From the NCBI GenBank assembly GCA_018646105.1, contig JABGVJ010000099.1:5387-69386 (forward strand): a stretch of 64,000 bases of DNA. The letters run 5' to 3'. The position numbers were made by a program, and so were the translations under genes. The notes beneath the pieces were generated by a model. That model saw nothing but the letters and a program-made list of their open reading frames with translations. It was not told where the DNA came from and searched no databases. Origin of the DNA: a bacterium (lineage in GTDB: Bacteria; Margulisbacteria; Marinamargulisbacteria; JABGVJ01). This document shows, piece by piece, positions 1 to 9,149 of this stretch (positions are counted from its first letter, which is position 1; the number at the start of each line of letters is the position of its first letter).

Positions 1-23
1 AGATATATGAGTTTGGTGTTGCT

Positions 24-716
24 GTGACTAATTTTCAGGAAATTATGAGTCAAAGGTTGAGCGGGCAGGGGACAGATTTAGAGTTGCGGCAATTAGGGTT
101 AGGTGATTTTTGTCATTTATGGCTTCCAGAGGAAACTGAATCTGGGCGTTTGCGTGAATTAATACCGGTTGCTGAATTTAATCCAGAAAATTTAGAGGTA
201 GCGCATGCGTTTTTAGTAGCGTTTTTAAGAAAAGGATTTCCGTTGGTTTCTTTGATAACAGAAAATTCTATTATACGTAGTATTTTTGGTAGACCACAAG
301 CTGCTGATTTGGTAACGAGTTTGCTTTGTTTTGATTTGGATAAAAAAGGCGGTGAGCTTTGGGCTTTGGTTTTAAGAAATTGGTTTTTGGCATGCGATGT
401 TAACGAGAATGAAAGCAGCTTATTGAATGATTTGAAAAAGGCTTATCCTGGTAAAACTGATCAGGAAGTGATGATGTGTTTTATCCAAGAGTGTTTAAAA
501 ACGCCGGAGTTAGGTTTTAGGGAAGATATGGTGGGTTTATTTTTAGAAAGAGCAATGAGTTTTGAGCAAGTGGTTGAGGAGGCAGAACCGGAAGCGGATT
601 CACCTGTTTTAGCAAGTTTGCTTTGGTTTTATGAACAGCGTATAGATAGTAGTAAATTAGAAGTTATGTTAAGAAGATTGGGTTTTATATCTGAGGATGA
701 TGGAGTTGCGCAATAG
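24..716 (+). CDS. hypothetical protein
   Basis: 230-aa ORF with a GTG start, co-oriented with hisS; no recognisable motif; true start uncertain near the window edge. Confidence 0.6.
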   Translation: MTNFQEIMSQRLSGQGTDLELRQLGLGDFCHLWLPEETESGRLRELIPVAEFNPENLEVAHAFLVAFLRKGFPLVSLITENSIIRSIFGRPQAADLVTSLLCFDLDKKGGELWALVLRNWFLACDVNENESSLLNDLKKAYPGKTDQEVMMCFIQECLKTPELGFREDMVGLFLERAMSFEQVVEEAEPEADSPVLASLLWFYEQRIDSSKLEVMLRRLGFISEDDGVAQ

Positions 717-784
717 ATAATTTGGGAATAAACTTATTTTACAATAGTTTTTTATTAGATAAATTTGTAAGGAGTATGTAAAAG

Positions 785-2047
785 ATGAAATACAGTGTGG
801 TAAGAGGTACAAAAGATATTTTGCCAGATGAAGTGGAATTGTGGCAGTATATTGAAGAGACTGCGCGCAAAATTTTTGCTTATTATAATTATCAGGAAAT
901 TAGAACTCCTATTTTTGAAGTTACGGAACTATTTCAAAAAAGTTTGGGAGATACCAGTGATGTAGTTGCCAAAGAAATGTATACGTTTTTGGATAAAGGT
1001 GGACGTAGCATTAGTTTGAGGCCGGAAAGTACGGCTTCGGTAGTACGGTCCTATATTCAGCATTCGATGTATAAAACCCAGAAAGTTTCCAAACTTTATT
1101 ATTGTGGACCGATGTTTAGATATGATCGGCCGCAAGCCGGTAGGTATCGACAGTTTCACCAGATTGGCGTGGAAAATTTGGGTTCGGCAGAACCTTTTGC
1201 GGACGCGGAAATAATTTCTTTGGGGGTACATATTTTTGATGAGTTGGGTTTATCTGATTTGTCTGTAGCTCTTAATTCTTCTGGTTGCTCGGTTTGTAGA
1301 CCAGTGATTGAGGAAAGAATCAAACAGTTTTTGGGTAATAGTTTGCCGCATTTATGTAAGGATTGTCAGCGGCGATTTGAGACTAAGCCTTTACGTATTT
1401 TGGATTGTAAAAACAAGAAATGTAATAATTATTTTAGTGCGTTACCAGATATCAGAAAATCTTTGTGTCAGGAATGTAAGGATCATTTTAATTCTGTACA
1501 GGAATATTTGGATAGTTTGGGGATCGAGTTTAAAATTAATCCGCGGTTGGTAAGAGGGTTGGATTATTATAACCGTACGGTATTTGAGATTGTTTCGGAT
1601 CAGTTGGGTGCTCAGAACGCAATTTGTGGCGGTGGACGATATGATACCTTAGTGGAAAAGTTTGGCGGGCCCAAAGTCCCGGCCGTAGGTTTTGCTTTTG
1701 GGATGGAACGGACAGCTTTGGTTTTGCAGAGTTTACATGATAAAAAAGAGTTTAAAAAAGAAAATTTAAAATTATTTATTGTGGCGTTGGGTGAGATGCA
1801 ACGGACTAAAGGTTTTTACATTTTAGATGAAATGAGACGGGCTGGTATTAAAAGTGAAATGTCTTATTCTGATTCTAATTTAAAGACGCAATTGAAGTTG
1901 GCCAATAAATTAGAGGCAAACTATTGTTTGATTATTGGTGAAGATGAAGTGGAAAAAGGAATTGCGGTTTTGAAAAATATGGGAACCGGAGACCAAGAAG
2001 AATTGAGTTTGGATGATGTGGTAACTCAAGTTCAGGAAAGAATATAA
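785..2047 (+). CDS. hisS: histidine--tRNA ligase
   Basis: RGTKD N-terminus, LRPESTA, FRYDRPQAGRYRQFHQ (motif 2), LVRGLDYY, GGGRYD, AVGFAFGMER; AAGGAG RBS. Confidence 0.98.
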   Translation: MKYSVVRGTKDILPDEVELWQYIEETARKIFAYYNYQEIRTPIFEVTELFQKSLGDTSDVVAKEMYTFLDKGGRSISLRPESTASVVRSYIQHSMYKTQKVSKLYYCGPMFRYDRPQAGRYRQFHQIGVENLGSAEPFADAEIISLGVHIFDELGLSDLSVALNSSGCSVCRPVIEERIKQFLGNSLPHLCKDCQRRFETKPLRILDCKNKKCNNYFSALPDIRKSLCQECKDHFNSVQEYLDSLGIEFKINPRLVRGLDYYNRTVFEIVSDQLGAQNAICGGGRYDTLVEKFGGPKVPAVGFAFGMERTALVLQSLHDKKEFKKENLKLFIVALGEMQRTKGFYILDEMRRAGIKSEMSYSDSNLKTQLKLANKLEANYCLIIGEDEVEKGIAVLKNMGTGDQEELSLDDVVTQVQERI

Positions 2048-2050
2048 GAA

Positions 2051-3256
2051 ATGCATTATTTTTTATTGGTAGGAATTGCGCTTTTTGCAGGATTGATGGG
2101 TGGTTTGTTTTTAAAGAAAATTAAGCTTCCTCAAGTAATTGGCTATATTGTGATTGGGTTTTTATTGGGTGCATCAGGATTGAAGTTTTTGAATGCACCA
2201 CAAATTAATTCGTTGAATTTTATTACAGATCTTACTTTAGGGTTAATTGGTTTTTTGATTGGCGGTGAATTACGTTGGGCTAGAATTAAAAAACTAGGTG
2301 TTTCTATTTTTTCTATTGCTATTTTTGAATCTTTATTCACGGCTTTTTTTGTTTTCACGGCTATATATTTATTTACTAAAAATTTGCCTTTAGCGTTATT
2401 GGTAGGGGCGATTTCTTCATCCTCGGCTCCGGGTGGAACTACGGATGTAATTAAAGAATATAGAGCAAGAGGTCCGGTTACGACTACTATTTATGGGGTT
2501 ATCGGGGTAGATGATGCGATTGGAATTATTATTTATGCTTTAATTTTTAATTTTGCTAAAACTTTTTTACATATAGGTGAAGCAACTTCTTTTTGGCATT
2601 TGACTGGTTTTGCAATTTGGGAGATTTTAGGATCTATTTTATTGGGTTTTGTTTTGAGCTTAATTATGATGTATTTGGTGCATAAGATTAAGGATGATGA
2701 CGTGACCCAGCTTTTGGCGTTAGCTGCAGTTTTTATATGTAGCGGGATTGCTATTGGGATGAATTTTTCTATGATTTTAGCGAATATGGCTTTAGGTGTG
2801 TTTTTGTGTAATTTCAGACCGCATTATACACATCGGGTTTTTGTCTTGATGAATAAGTGGACGCCACCTATTTATATTTTATTTTTTATTTTAGTTGGTG
2901 CTAGATTGGATTTTTCTTTGTTGCAAGGTATTGGTTGGTTAGTGCTGATTTATTTGCTTTTTAGATTTTTGGGTAAATATATTGGTAGCTGGTTTGGCGG
3001 ACATGTTTCTGGCGCTCCTGTTAAAGTGAAAAAATATGTGGGATTATGTTTATTGCCTCAAGCTGGTGTTGCCATAGGTTTGGCTATTGCTAGCTATAAT
3101 GAATTAGCGGCTTTTGCGGTTCCAGAGGCTGTTAAGGTTGGAGGACAGGTTATTGCTATTATTACGGTAACTACTTTTATTTTTCAGGTGATAGGTCCTT
3201 TGTTAACTAAAAAAGCTTTGGATGATGCGGGCGAAATAAAAAGAAGAGATTTTTAA
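2051..3256 (+). CDS. cation:proton antiporter (CPA2 / Na+/H+ exchanger family)
   Basis: multi-TM protein; LPQVIGY, GVIGVDDAIG, LLPQAGVAIGLA motifs. Confidence 0.88.
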   Translation: MHYFLLVGIALFAGLMGGLFLKKIKLPQVIGYIVIGFLLGASGLKFLNAPQINSLNFITDLTLGLIGFLIGGELRWARIKKLGVSIFSIAIFESLFTAFFVFTAIYLFTKNLPLALLVGAISSSSAPGGTTDVIKEYRARGPVTTTIYGVIGVDDAIGIIIYALIFNFAKTFLHIGEATSFWHLTGFAIWEILGSILLGFVLSLIMMYLVHKIKDDDVTQLLALAAVFICSGIAIGMNFSMILANMALGVFLCNFRPHYTHRVFVLMNKWTPPIYILFFILVGARLDFSLLQGIGWLVLIYLLFRFLGKYIGSWFGGHVSGAPVKVKKYVGLCLLPQAGVAIGLAIASYNELAAFAVPEAVKVGGQVIAIITVTTFIFQVIGPLLTKKALDDAGEIKRRDF

Positions 3257-3280
3257 CAAAATAAAAAGGAAGGTAATCAT

Positions 3281-3958
3281 ATGTTTGATAAATATTTTGG
3301 TTTTTTGAATTTTGAAGATGAATATGGAGTTATAGAATCTTTTATAGAACATGGAAAAATAGGGTTTAAAGAAGTTTGTTTTTTGGTAGAGATGGTAGAT
3401 TTTTTGTGTGAAAATGAAGAACAAAAAGTTGTAGATAATTATCGAAAGATTAAAGCTTTAAATAAAGAGTCTACGAAGATTTTTCAGGATATTATGCGAC
3501 AGATTATTGAGTCTGATTTTGATTATCAAAAACAATATGATTTGTTGAGAATTTATCAGCGTACAGAAGGTATTTCTGATTATATGATTGCGAGTGCTAA
3601 ACGTATTTTGATTTTTGAAAAATTAGATGGCAAGTTCCCGGCGGAATTAAGCGATTATTTAAAAGATTTAGTACAAAAAGTTAAAGATATATATATGCTT
3701 TATATGGATTGTTTGAATTGTTATATAGATGATAAAAAATGTGTTTTAAATGTTGTGGATAAAATAGAAAATTTGGAACATGAAATAGATGGGGTTAGGT
3801 CCAGGTGTTTAGAAGTATTGTATAAATTGGCTAATGAGAAAAAAATAGCTTTGGGAGATCTTAGGGTTTTAGAGGAAATTGTAGAACATATAGAGGAAAT
3901 TTCAGATGTAGTGGAGGAAGCTGGTAAAAGCGTGGATTGGTTACTTTTAAAGGGATGA
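3281..3958 (+). CDS. DUF47 / PhoU-like phosphate transport regulator family protein
   Basis: two helical repeats with IENLEHEIDG and IEEISDVVEEA patterns; about 225 aa. Confidence 0.75.
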   Translation: MFDKYFGFLNFEDEYGVIESFIEHGKIGFKEVCFLVEMVDFLCENEEQKVVDNYRKIKALNKESTKIFQDIMRQIIESDFDYQKQYDLLRIYQRTEGISDYMIASAKRILIFEKLDGKFPAELSDYLKDLVQKVKDIYMLYMDCLNCYIDDKKCVLNVVDKIENLEHEIDGVRSRCLEVLYKLANEKKIALGDLRVLEEIVEHIEEISDVVEEAGKSVDWLLLKG

Positions 3959-4710
3959 CGTTTAATCTTTTAAGATTTAAGGTGATAGATTCTACGAATA
4001 CCTATGCTTTAAAGTATTTGCATCAGTATGCAGATAAAACCGTGGTGGTGGCAGATCAGCAGACTAAGGGTAGGGGAAGATTTGATAGGCGATGGGTTTC
4101 GGACAGTGTAAATAATCTGTATATGTCGATTATTTTAAAGCCTCTTGTTTCAGACCATACAGTAGAGTCTCAGAAAAAAATTATGACGATTACGCCAATG
4201 ACAAGTTTGGCGTTGGCTGAGGTTCTGCAAAAATATTTTCAAGATACAAATTTCAAACTAAAAATTAAATGGCCAAATGATGTTTTGGTGGATGAACAAA
4301 AAATAGCTGGTATTTTGGCGGAAACAAAAGTGAAGGGGAATGTTTTTACAGGGATTGTAGTGGGGGTTGGCATTAATCTTGATATGTCAGAAAAAGATTT
4401 GGCTGAAGTAGGGCAACCGGCTACGGCTTTAAATATTTTGTTGCAGAAGAAAATCGATAAAGAGATTTTTTTAAAGGAATTTCTAGAGATTTTTGAGCGT
4501 AATTATGAACTTTTATGGAAAAAAGGGTTTGCTGAGTTTAGATCGGTATATGAACAAAAGCTACATAATCTAGGCCAAAGAATTTTTATTAAAACAAGTA
4601 AAGCCGTTTATACTGGTGTTTTAGAGGGTGTGGATGCGGAAGGCGCTCTGCAATTACGGCAGGATGATGGAAATTTGAAACTTTTATATTCTGGGGAAGA
4701 AATAGGATAG
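3955..4710 (+). CDS. birA: biotin--[acetyl-CoA-carboxylase] ligase without N-terminal HTH
   Basis: IDSTN, QTKGRGRFDRRW, KWPNDVL, KIAGIL, GVGIN; likely ATG at 3955 overlaps the upstream stop (ATGA). Confidence 0.95.
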   Translation: MTFNLLRFKVIDSTNTYALKYLHQYADKTVVVADQQTKGRGRFDRRWVSDSVNNLYMSIILKPLVSDHTVESQKKIMTITPMTSLALAEVLQKYFQDTNFKLKIKWPNDVLVDEQKIAGILAETKVKGNVFTGIVVGVGINLDMSEKDLAEVGQPATALNILLQKKIDKEIFLKEFLEIFERNYELLWKKGFAEFRSVYEQKLHNLGQRIFIKTSKAVYTGVLEGVDAEGALQLRQDDGNLKLLYSGEEIG

Positions 4711-4717
4711 GTTTTAA

Positions 4718-4763
4718 AGGCCTCACCCCCTAGCCCCCTCTCCATATTAATGGAGAGGGGGAA
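4718..4763. repeat. BoxC/REP-like palindromic element, copy 1
   Basis: AGGCCTCACCCCCTAG followed by a 12-bp perfect stem CCCCCTCTCCAT-ATTA-ATGGAGAGGGGG; one mismatch to the copies at 5021 and 24581. Confidence 0.9.
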
Positions 4764-4785
4764 TAACTAAGGAATATTATTGGTA

Positions 4786-4814
4786 TTGACGAGCTTTTTT
4801 GTGGGTGTTATAAT
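4786..4814 (+). promoter_or_regulatory. sigma70-type promoter for the MATE leader
   Basis: TTGACG (4786-4791), 17-bp spacer, TATAAT (4809-4814) with extended -10 TGn. Confidence 0.85.
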
Positions 4815-4846
4815 TCCCCTTACCTAAATTTTGTGAGTGTGTAAAA

Positions 4847-4980
4847 ATGTATAATCAAATGCTACGCTTTTTTTGTCTTTGTGTTTTTGGGCTAATCTAG
4901 CCTGAGGATATCTTTTTAATTTTTCAATTTAATTGTGAGAGAAAGAATATATTTACCGGCTTAGGCTAGGTGTGTTTTTT
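4847..4980 (+). promoter_or_regulatory. putative leader-peptide attenuator (17-aa uORF plus terminator-like hairpin)
   Basis: uORF 4847-4900 MYNQMLRFFCLCVFGLI*; its stop lies in the arm CTAGCCTGAG (4897-4906), which pairs with CTTAGGCTAG (4960-4969), followed by GTGTGTTTTTT. Confidence 0.5.
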
Positions 4981-5020
4981 GGGAGTGATGTGCCCCCCCT
5001 TAGATGAGATGCAAAGGATA

Positions 5021-5100
5021 AGGCCTCACCCCCTAACCCCCTCTCCATATTAATGGAGAGGGGGAACAATAATAGAAGGGAAAAGCATAATTATGAAAGA
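5021..5100. repeat. BoxC/REP-like element, copy 2 (long form with RBS/ATG tail)
   Basis: 72/80 identical, ungapped, to 24581-24660; first 44 bp identical. Confidence 0.9.
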
Positions 5101-5155
5101 TGGGTACAGGTTTGTGGTCATAAGGATTGAAGATTAAAAAAGGAGGTGGAGAAAA

Positions 5156-5218
5156 GTGAAGAGAAACAACAGAAGGTTTGGAATGGTTATTAAAGGAAGA
5201 TGTAATTTTTGGATGTAA
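5156..5218 (+). CDS. putative small uORF (20 aa, MKRNNRRFGMVIKGRCNFWM)
   Basis: strong SD AAGGAGGTG (5140-5148) 7 nt before GTG; its TAA overlaps the TAAGGA RBS of the MATE gene. Confidence 0.4.
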   Translation: MKRNNRRFGMVIKGRCNFWM

Positions 5219-5230
5219 GGAATAAAGAAA

Positions 5231-6661
5231 ATGAGTTATTTAAAAAATTTATATAAAGAGATGGATATTAAATTGAAGTATCCATTGGAACGCATGGTTT
5301 TAAGAAAAATGCGAGGAAGAGGCGGTATTAAAGAGCTGATAAGGATTGCTTTACCTTTTGTTCTGTCAATGTTGTCGTTTACGGTATTGGGGTTTGTAGA
5401 TAGGGTCTTTTTGTCTTGGTACAGTATAGAGGCGGTAGCTGCAGCAATGCCTGCTTTGTCTTTGACGTGGCTGTTTTTTTGTATTTTTACAGGGACCGCA
5501 GGGTATATCAATACTTTTATTGCCCAATATTATGGAGCTAATGATAAGCGGCATGTGGCAAAGATGTTTTGGCAGGGAGTTTATTTTTCTCTAATGGCGA
5601 TTGTGCCGTTTTTGTTGTGTTTGCCATTGGGACGTATGTTAATTAATTATTTTCATGGGTCAGCTGGTTTTGTGGAACAGGAATTGATTTATTTTTCAAT
5701 TTTGATGCAAGGCGGGTTTCTGGCTATTTTATTGCAGGTGCCAGCTAGTTTTTTTTCTGGGTTAGGGAAAACGCATATCAATATGTACGCGACGTTTATA
5801 CAGGTGATCGTGAATCTATTATTTGATTATCTTTTGATTTTTGGGAATTTTGGGTTTCCACAAATGGGGATGGCAGGGGCTGCTTTGGCTACGGTTTTGG
5901 CATGGGCTAGTTCGGTACTATTTTATTTTGGGCTAATTTTTCAGAAGAAGTATCGTTTGAAGTTTAGAATACATAAATTGTATCAGTTTAATAAAGTGCT
6001 TTTTGTTAAATTATTAAAGTATGGATTGCCTAATGGACTGAGTTTTTTTGTTGGAGAAATGAGTTTTGCTTTTTTTAATTTGATTATTGGTTTGCTAGGA
6101 ACGGTTGCGATGGCGGCGAGTAATATTGTAATTTCTATTTATCTTTTTGCTGTTTTACCGGTTTTTGGATTTGGGTTAGCAACTTCGGTTTTGATAGGGC
6201 AGTATATTGGTAGGAAAAAGAGAAAAATTTGTGACAAAATTATTTTTAATGTTTTTATGTTAACTTTTATTTATGTTTTTTTTGTTTTATGGATGATTTT
6301 TGGATTGGAAAATGTCTTGTTGGGTGTTTTTAATAAGACCGGATTAGCGGAGTTTGAAGAGATTACGTTGATTGCTAAAAAACTTATTTTATTGTTTCCA
6401 ATTTTGTTAGTGGGGGAGATTGTATACCAGATTTATGCAAATGCCTTGAATGGTGCCGGAGATACGAAATTTAAAATGTGGGCTATTTTTGTGATCACGT
6501 TTATTTTTATGAGCTTAGAATATGTCGTGATTGTGATGTGGGGCTGGCCGATTATGTATATTTGGCTTTTGGCGGGTTTGCATTATTTTGTGATGGGACT
6601 GGTGTTATATTTTCGTTATAAGATGGGTGTTTGGAAGACTATAAATATTCATGGTGATTGA
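5231..6661 (+). CDS. MATE family efflux transporter
   Basis: about 12 TM; GFVDRVFLS, AQYYGA, LIFGNFGFPQMGMAGAALAT, GQYIG, ALNGAGDT. Confidence 0.95.
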   Translation: MSYLKNLYKEMDIKLKYPLERMVLRKMRGRGGIKELIRIALPFVLSMLSFTVLGFVDRVFLSWYSIEAVAAAMPALSLTWLFFCIFTGTAGYINTFIAQYYGANDKRHVAKMFWQGVYFSLMAIVPFLLCLPLGRMLINYFHGSAGFVEQELIYFSILMQGGFLAILLQVPASFFSGLGKTHINMYATFIQVIVNLLFDYLLIFGNFGFPQMGMAGAALATVLAWASSVLFYFGLIFQKKYRLKFRIHKLYQFNKVLFVKLLKYGLPNGLSFFVGEMSFAFFNLIIGLLGTVAMAASNIVISIYLFAVLPVFGFGLATSVLIGQYIGRKKRKICDKIIFNVFMLTFIYVFFVLWMIFGLENVLLGVFNKTGLAEFEEITLIAKKLILLFPILLVGEIVYQIYANALNGAGDTKFKMWAIFVITFIFMSLEYVVIVMWGWPIMYIWLLAGLHYFVMGLVLYFRYKMGVWKTINIHGD

Positions 6662-6683
6662 TTTGTAGTATCATATTTGCAAT

Positions 6684-7526
6684 ATGATTAAATTTTTTGA
6701 TTTTTTAAGCCAAAACACCTTGTGTGTTACTAAAGAATGTATCTTACGATGTGAGCATTGCCATCTTTGGTCTAACCCGGTTTTTCAGAAAATAAAAGTC
6801 CCTAAAATAAGTGATGATGGTTTTGACTTGTTTAGGAGTTTGTCAGATCAGGAGCGAAATCGTAAATTAACGGCAGTAGGGGATGTCTCTGATTTAATTC
6901 AAGCTGGGCAGTTCTTTAAAACGTTTAAGAAGGCAAAAGTTTTTAATGTCATAGGTGGAGAGCCCTTGGTTTGCAAAGAATTGCCTTATATCCTGGGTTT
7001 TTTGCAAAAGAATAAGATTAAAGTAAGGTTGTGGACGAACGGTGTTTTTAATCTGGATGTTCTGGATCAGGTAAAAGACTTGGTAGATGAATTTTGTTTT
7101 TATTTGCCAAGTTGTGACAAAAAAGGGTATAGGCTGCTTACGGGTTTTGATGGGTTAGGAATATTAGAAGAAAATATACGTTATTTGCAAGCCGAAAAAC
7201 GGCATGTGATATTAAATCATTTTGTGACAAGATCGTCACTTCCTGATTTGCCAGAGGTTTATGAATATGCACGAAAGTTTGATTTAAGGTTATATTTAAA
7301 TTATTCGGTGCATGCCAAATTTCAAAGGGAATCAATCGCTTATATTAAACGGTTTAAAAAGGAACGTAAGGTGATGGTTTTGAGAAAGAAGAATTTCGGA
7401 CAAGATGTTTGTGCAGGGGTACATTTTGATTTATGGCCTAGACATGATTTGGAGACGATTTGGTTTCAGGGACAAAATTGTTTTCAAGAGTTCATGAGAA
7501 ATTTGGCATGGTCTTTGCATGTTTAA
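6684..7526 (+). CDS. radical SAM domain protein
   Basis: CxxxCxxC (CILRCEHC), GGEPL, WTNG. Confidence 0.8.
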   Translation: MIKFFDFLSQNTLCVTKECILRCEHCHLWSNPVFQKIKVPKISDDGFDLFRSLSDQERNRKLTAVGDVSDLIQAGQFFKTFKKAKVFNVIGGEPLVCKELPYILGFLQKNKIKVRLWTNGVFNLDVLDQVKDLVDEFCFYLPSCDKKGYRLLTGFDGLGILEENIRYLQAEKRHVILNHFVTRSSLPDLPEVYEYARKFDLRLYLNYSVHAKFQRESIAYIKRFKKERKVMVLRKKNFGQDVCAGVHFDLWPRHDLETIWFQGQNCFQEFMRNLAWSLHV

Positions 7527-7632
7527 TTGGTACCTCATGAAAAATCTCATGTTTATACAGACGTTTTTTTGCTTTGGAGATAGTTTTGCTTTATAATAAT
7601 AAAAAATTATTCTTAGAAAAGAGGTTTAAGTC

Positions 7633-9138
7633 ATGAAAACAGCGATTACGCCAACCAGAGACGAAGATTATGCTCAATGGTACCAGGAAGTAGTGAAAGC
7701 TTCGGATTTGGCTGAAAATTCACCGGTGAGAGGCTGTATGGTGATCAAACCGTGGGGATATGCGATTTGGGAAAATATTAGAACGATTATGGATCGGATG
7801 TTTAAAGAGTCTGGTGTAAAAAATGCTTATTTTCCTTTATTTATTCCTTTAAGTTTTTTAGAAAAAGAAGCAGAGCATGTGGAAGGGTTTGCGAAAGAAT
7901 GTGCGGTAGTAACCCATCATAGATTAGAGAAAGGGCCAAACGGAGGGTTAGTACCAGCAGGACCTTTGGCAGAGCCTTTGGTGGTACGGCCTACTTCAGA
8001 GACAATTATTGGTGATTTGTTTGCTAAATGGACTAAGAGTTATCGGGATTTACCTATTTTGATTAATCAATGGGCTAATGTTGTGAGATGGGAAATGCGG
8101 ACGCGTTTGTTTTTGAGAACAACAGAGTTTTTGTGGCAGGAAGGCCATACGGTACATAGTAGTAAAGAGGAAGCGGAAGAACGTACGTTGATGATGTTGG
8201 ATGTATACGAAAAATTTGCTCGTGATTATTTGGCGATACCGGTGATTACAGGTAGAAAAACTGCAGGGGAGAGATTTCCTGGTGCGGTAGATACGTTTTG
8301 TATGGAAGCAATGATGCAGGATCGTAAGGCCTTACAATTTGGAACGTCGCATTTTTTGGGGCAAAATTTTTCTAAAGCAGCGGAAATTAAGTTTCAAACA
8401 GTTCAGGGTACAGAAGAATATGCATGGACTACGTCTTGGGGTGTGTCTACAAGGATGATCGGTGGAATGATTATGGCACATTCTGATGATGATGGTTTGG
8501 TATTACCTCCACGGGTAGCGTCTAGTCATGTGGTTTTAATGCCGATTATTAAAAGAGAAGAAGATCGGTCTAGAGTAATGGATTATACAAAAGGTTTGGC
8601 TCAGGATTTAAAGAACAAATTTTATGTTTATCGTAATTTAGAAGTGGAAATTGATACCAGGGACGTTGGTGGTAGAGCATGGGATTGGATAAAAAAAGGG
8701 ATTCCGGTAAGAGTAGAGATTGGGCCTAAAGAAGTAGATCAAAAAACAGTTTTTGTGGGTAGGCGAGATAAAAGTCCTAAAGATAAAGCGGCCTTGGATA
8801 AAGAGGTTTTTAAAGAGCAGATACTGGATATATTAGAAGAGATACAACAAAATATTTTGGTACGAGCAAAAACATTTAAAAAGAAAAACACAGTTGTGAT
8901 AGATGAAAAACAAAAATTTTATGATTTTTTCACACCTCAAAATAAACAAAAACCAGAAATTCATGGCGGTTTTGTTCTAGCACATTGGTGTACAAATGAG
9001 GCTTGTGAAAACAAAATTAATGAAGATTTGAGTGTTACTATTAGATCAGTACCTTTAACACCAAAAACTGAAAAAGGTAAATGTATTTATTGCGGAAAAG
9101 ATAGTACGCAACGTGTGGTATTTGCTAAGGCCTATTGA
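7633..9138 (+). CDS. proS: proline--tRNA ligase (archaeal/eukaryote-like type)
   Basis: VRPTSET, QWANVVRWEMRTRLFLRTTEFLWQEGHT, SWGVSTR, C-terminal AKAY. Confidence 0.98.
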   Translation: MKTAITPTRDEDYAQWYQEVVKASDLAENSPVRGCMVIKPWGYAIWENIRTIMDRMFKESGVKNAYFPLFIPLSFLEKEAEHVEGFAKECAVVTHHRLEKGPNGGLVPAGPLAEPLVVRPTSETIIGDLFAKWTKSYRDLPILINQWANVVRWEMRTRLFLRTTEFLWQEGHTVHSSKEEAEERTLMMLDVYEKFARDYLAIPVITGRKTAGERFPGAVDTFCMEAMMQDRKALQFGTSHFLGQNFSKAAEIKFQTVQGTEEYAWTTSWGVSTRMIGGMIMAHSDDDGLVLPPRVASSHVVLMPIIKREEDRSRVMDYTKGLAQDLKNKFYVYRNLEVEIDTRDVGGRAWDWIKKGIPVRVEIGPKEVDQKTVFVGRRDKSPKDKAALDKEVFKEQILDILEEIQQNILVRAKTFKKKNTVVIDEKQKFYDFFTPQNKQKPEIHGGFVLAHWCTNEACENKINEDLSVTIRSVPLTPKTEKGKCIYCGKDSTQRVVFAKAY

Positions 9139-9149
9139 AGGTATTTTGA

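Noticed and set aside
4718-5066. Two similar palindromes 303 bp apart as a CRISPR array or IS ends
   Set aside because: Only two direct-orientation copies, spacer far too long, no cas or transposase gene; same family as the dispersed repeats
4820-5230. Known riboswitch or T-box in the MATE leader
   Set aside because: I could not identify T-box, FMN, SAM, TPP or cobalamin consensus motifs by eye; reported as a uORF attenuator candidate instead
5431-5442. GGCGGTAG resembling the ops/JUMPstart element
   Set aside because: Inside the MATE CDS, lacks the downstream TG, and is far from the polysaccharide promoter; no ops site was seen before the wza-like gene
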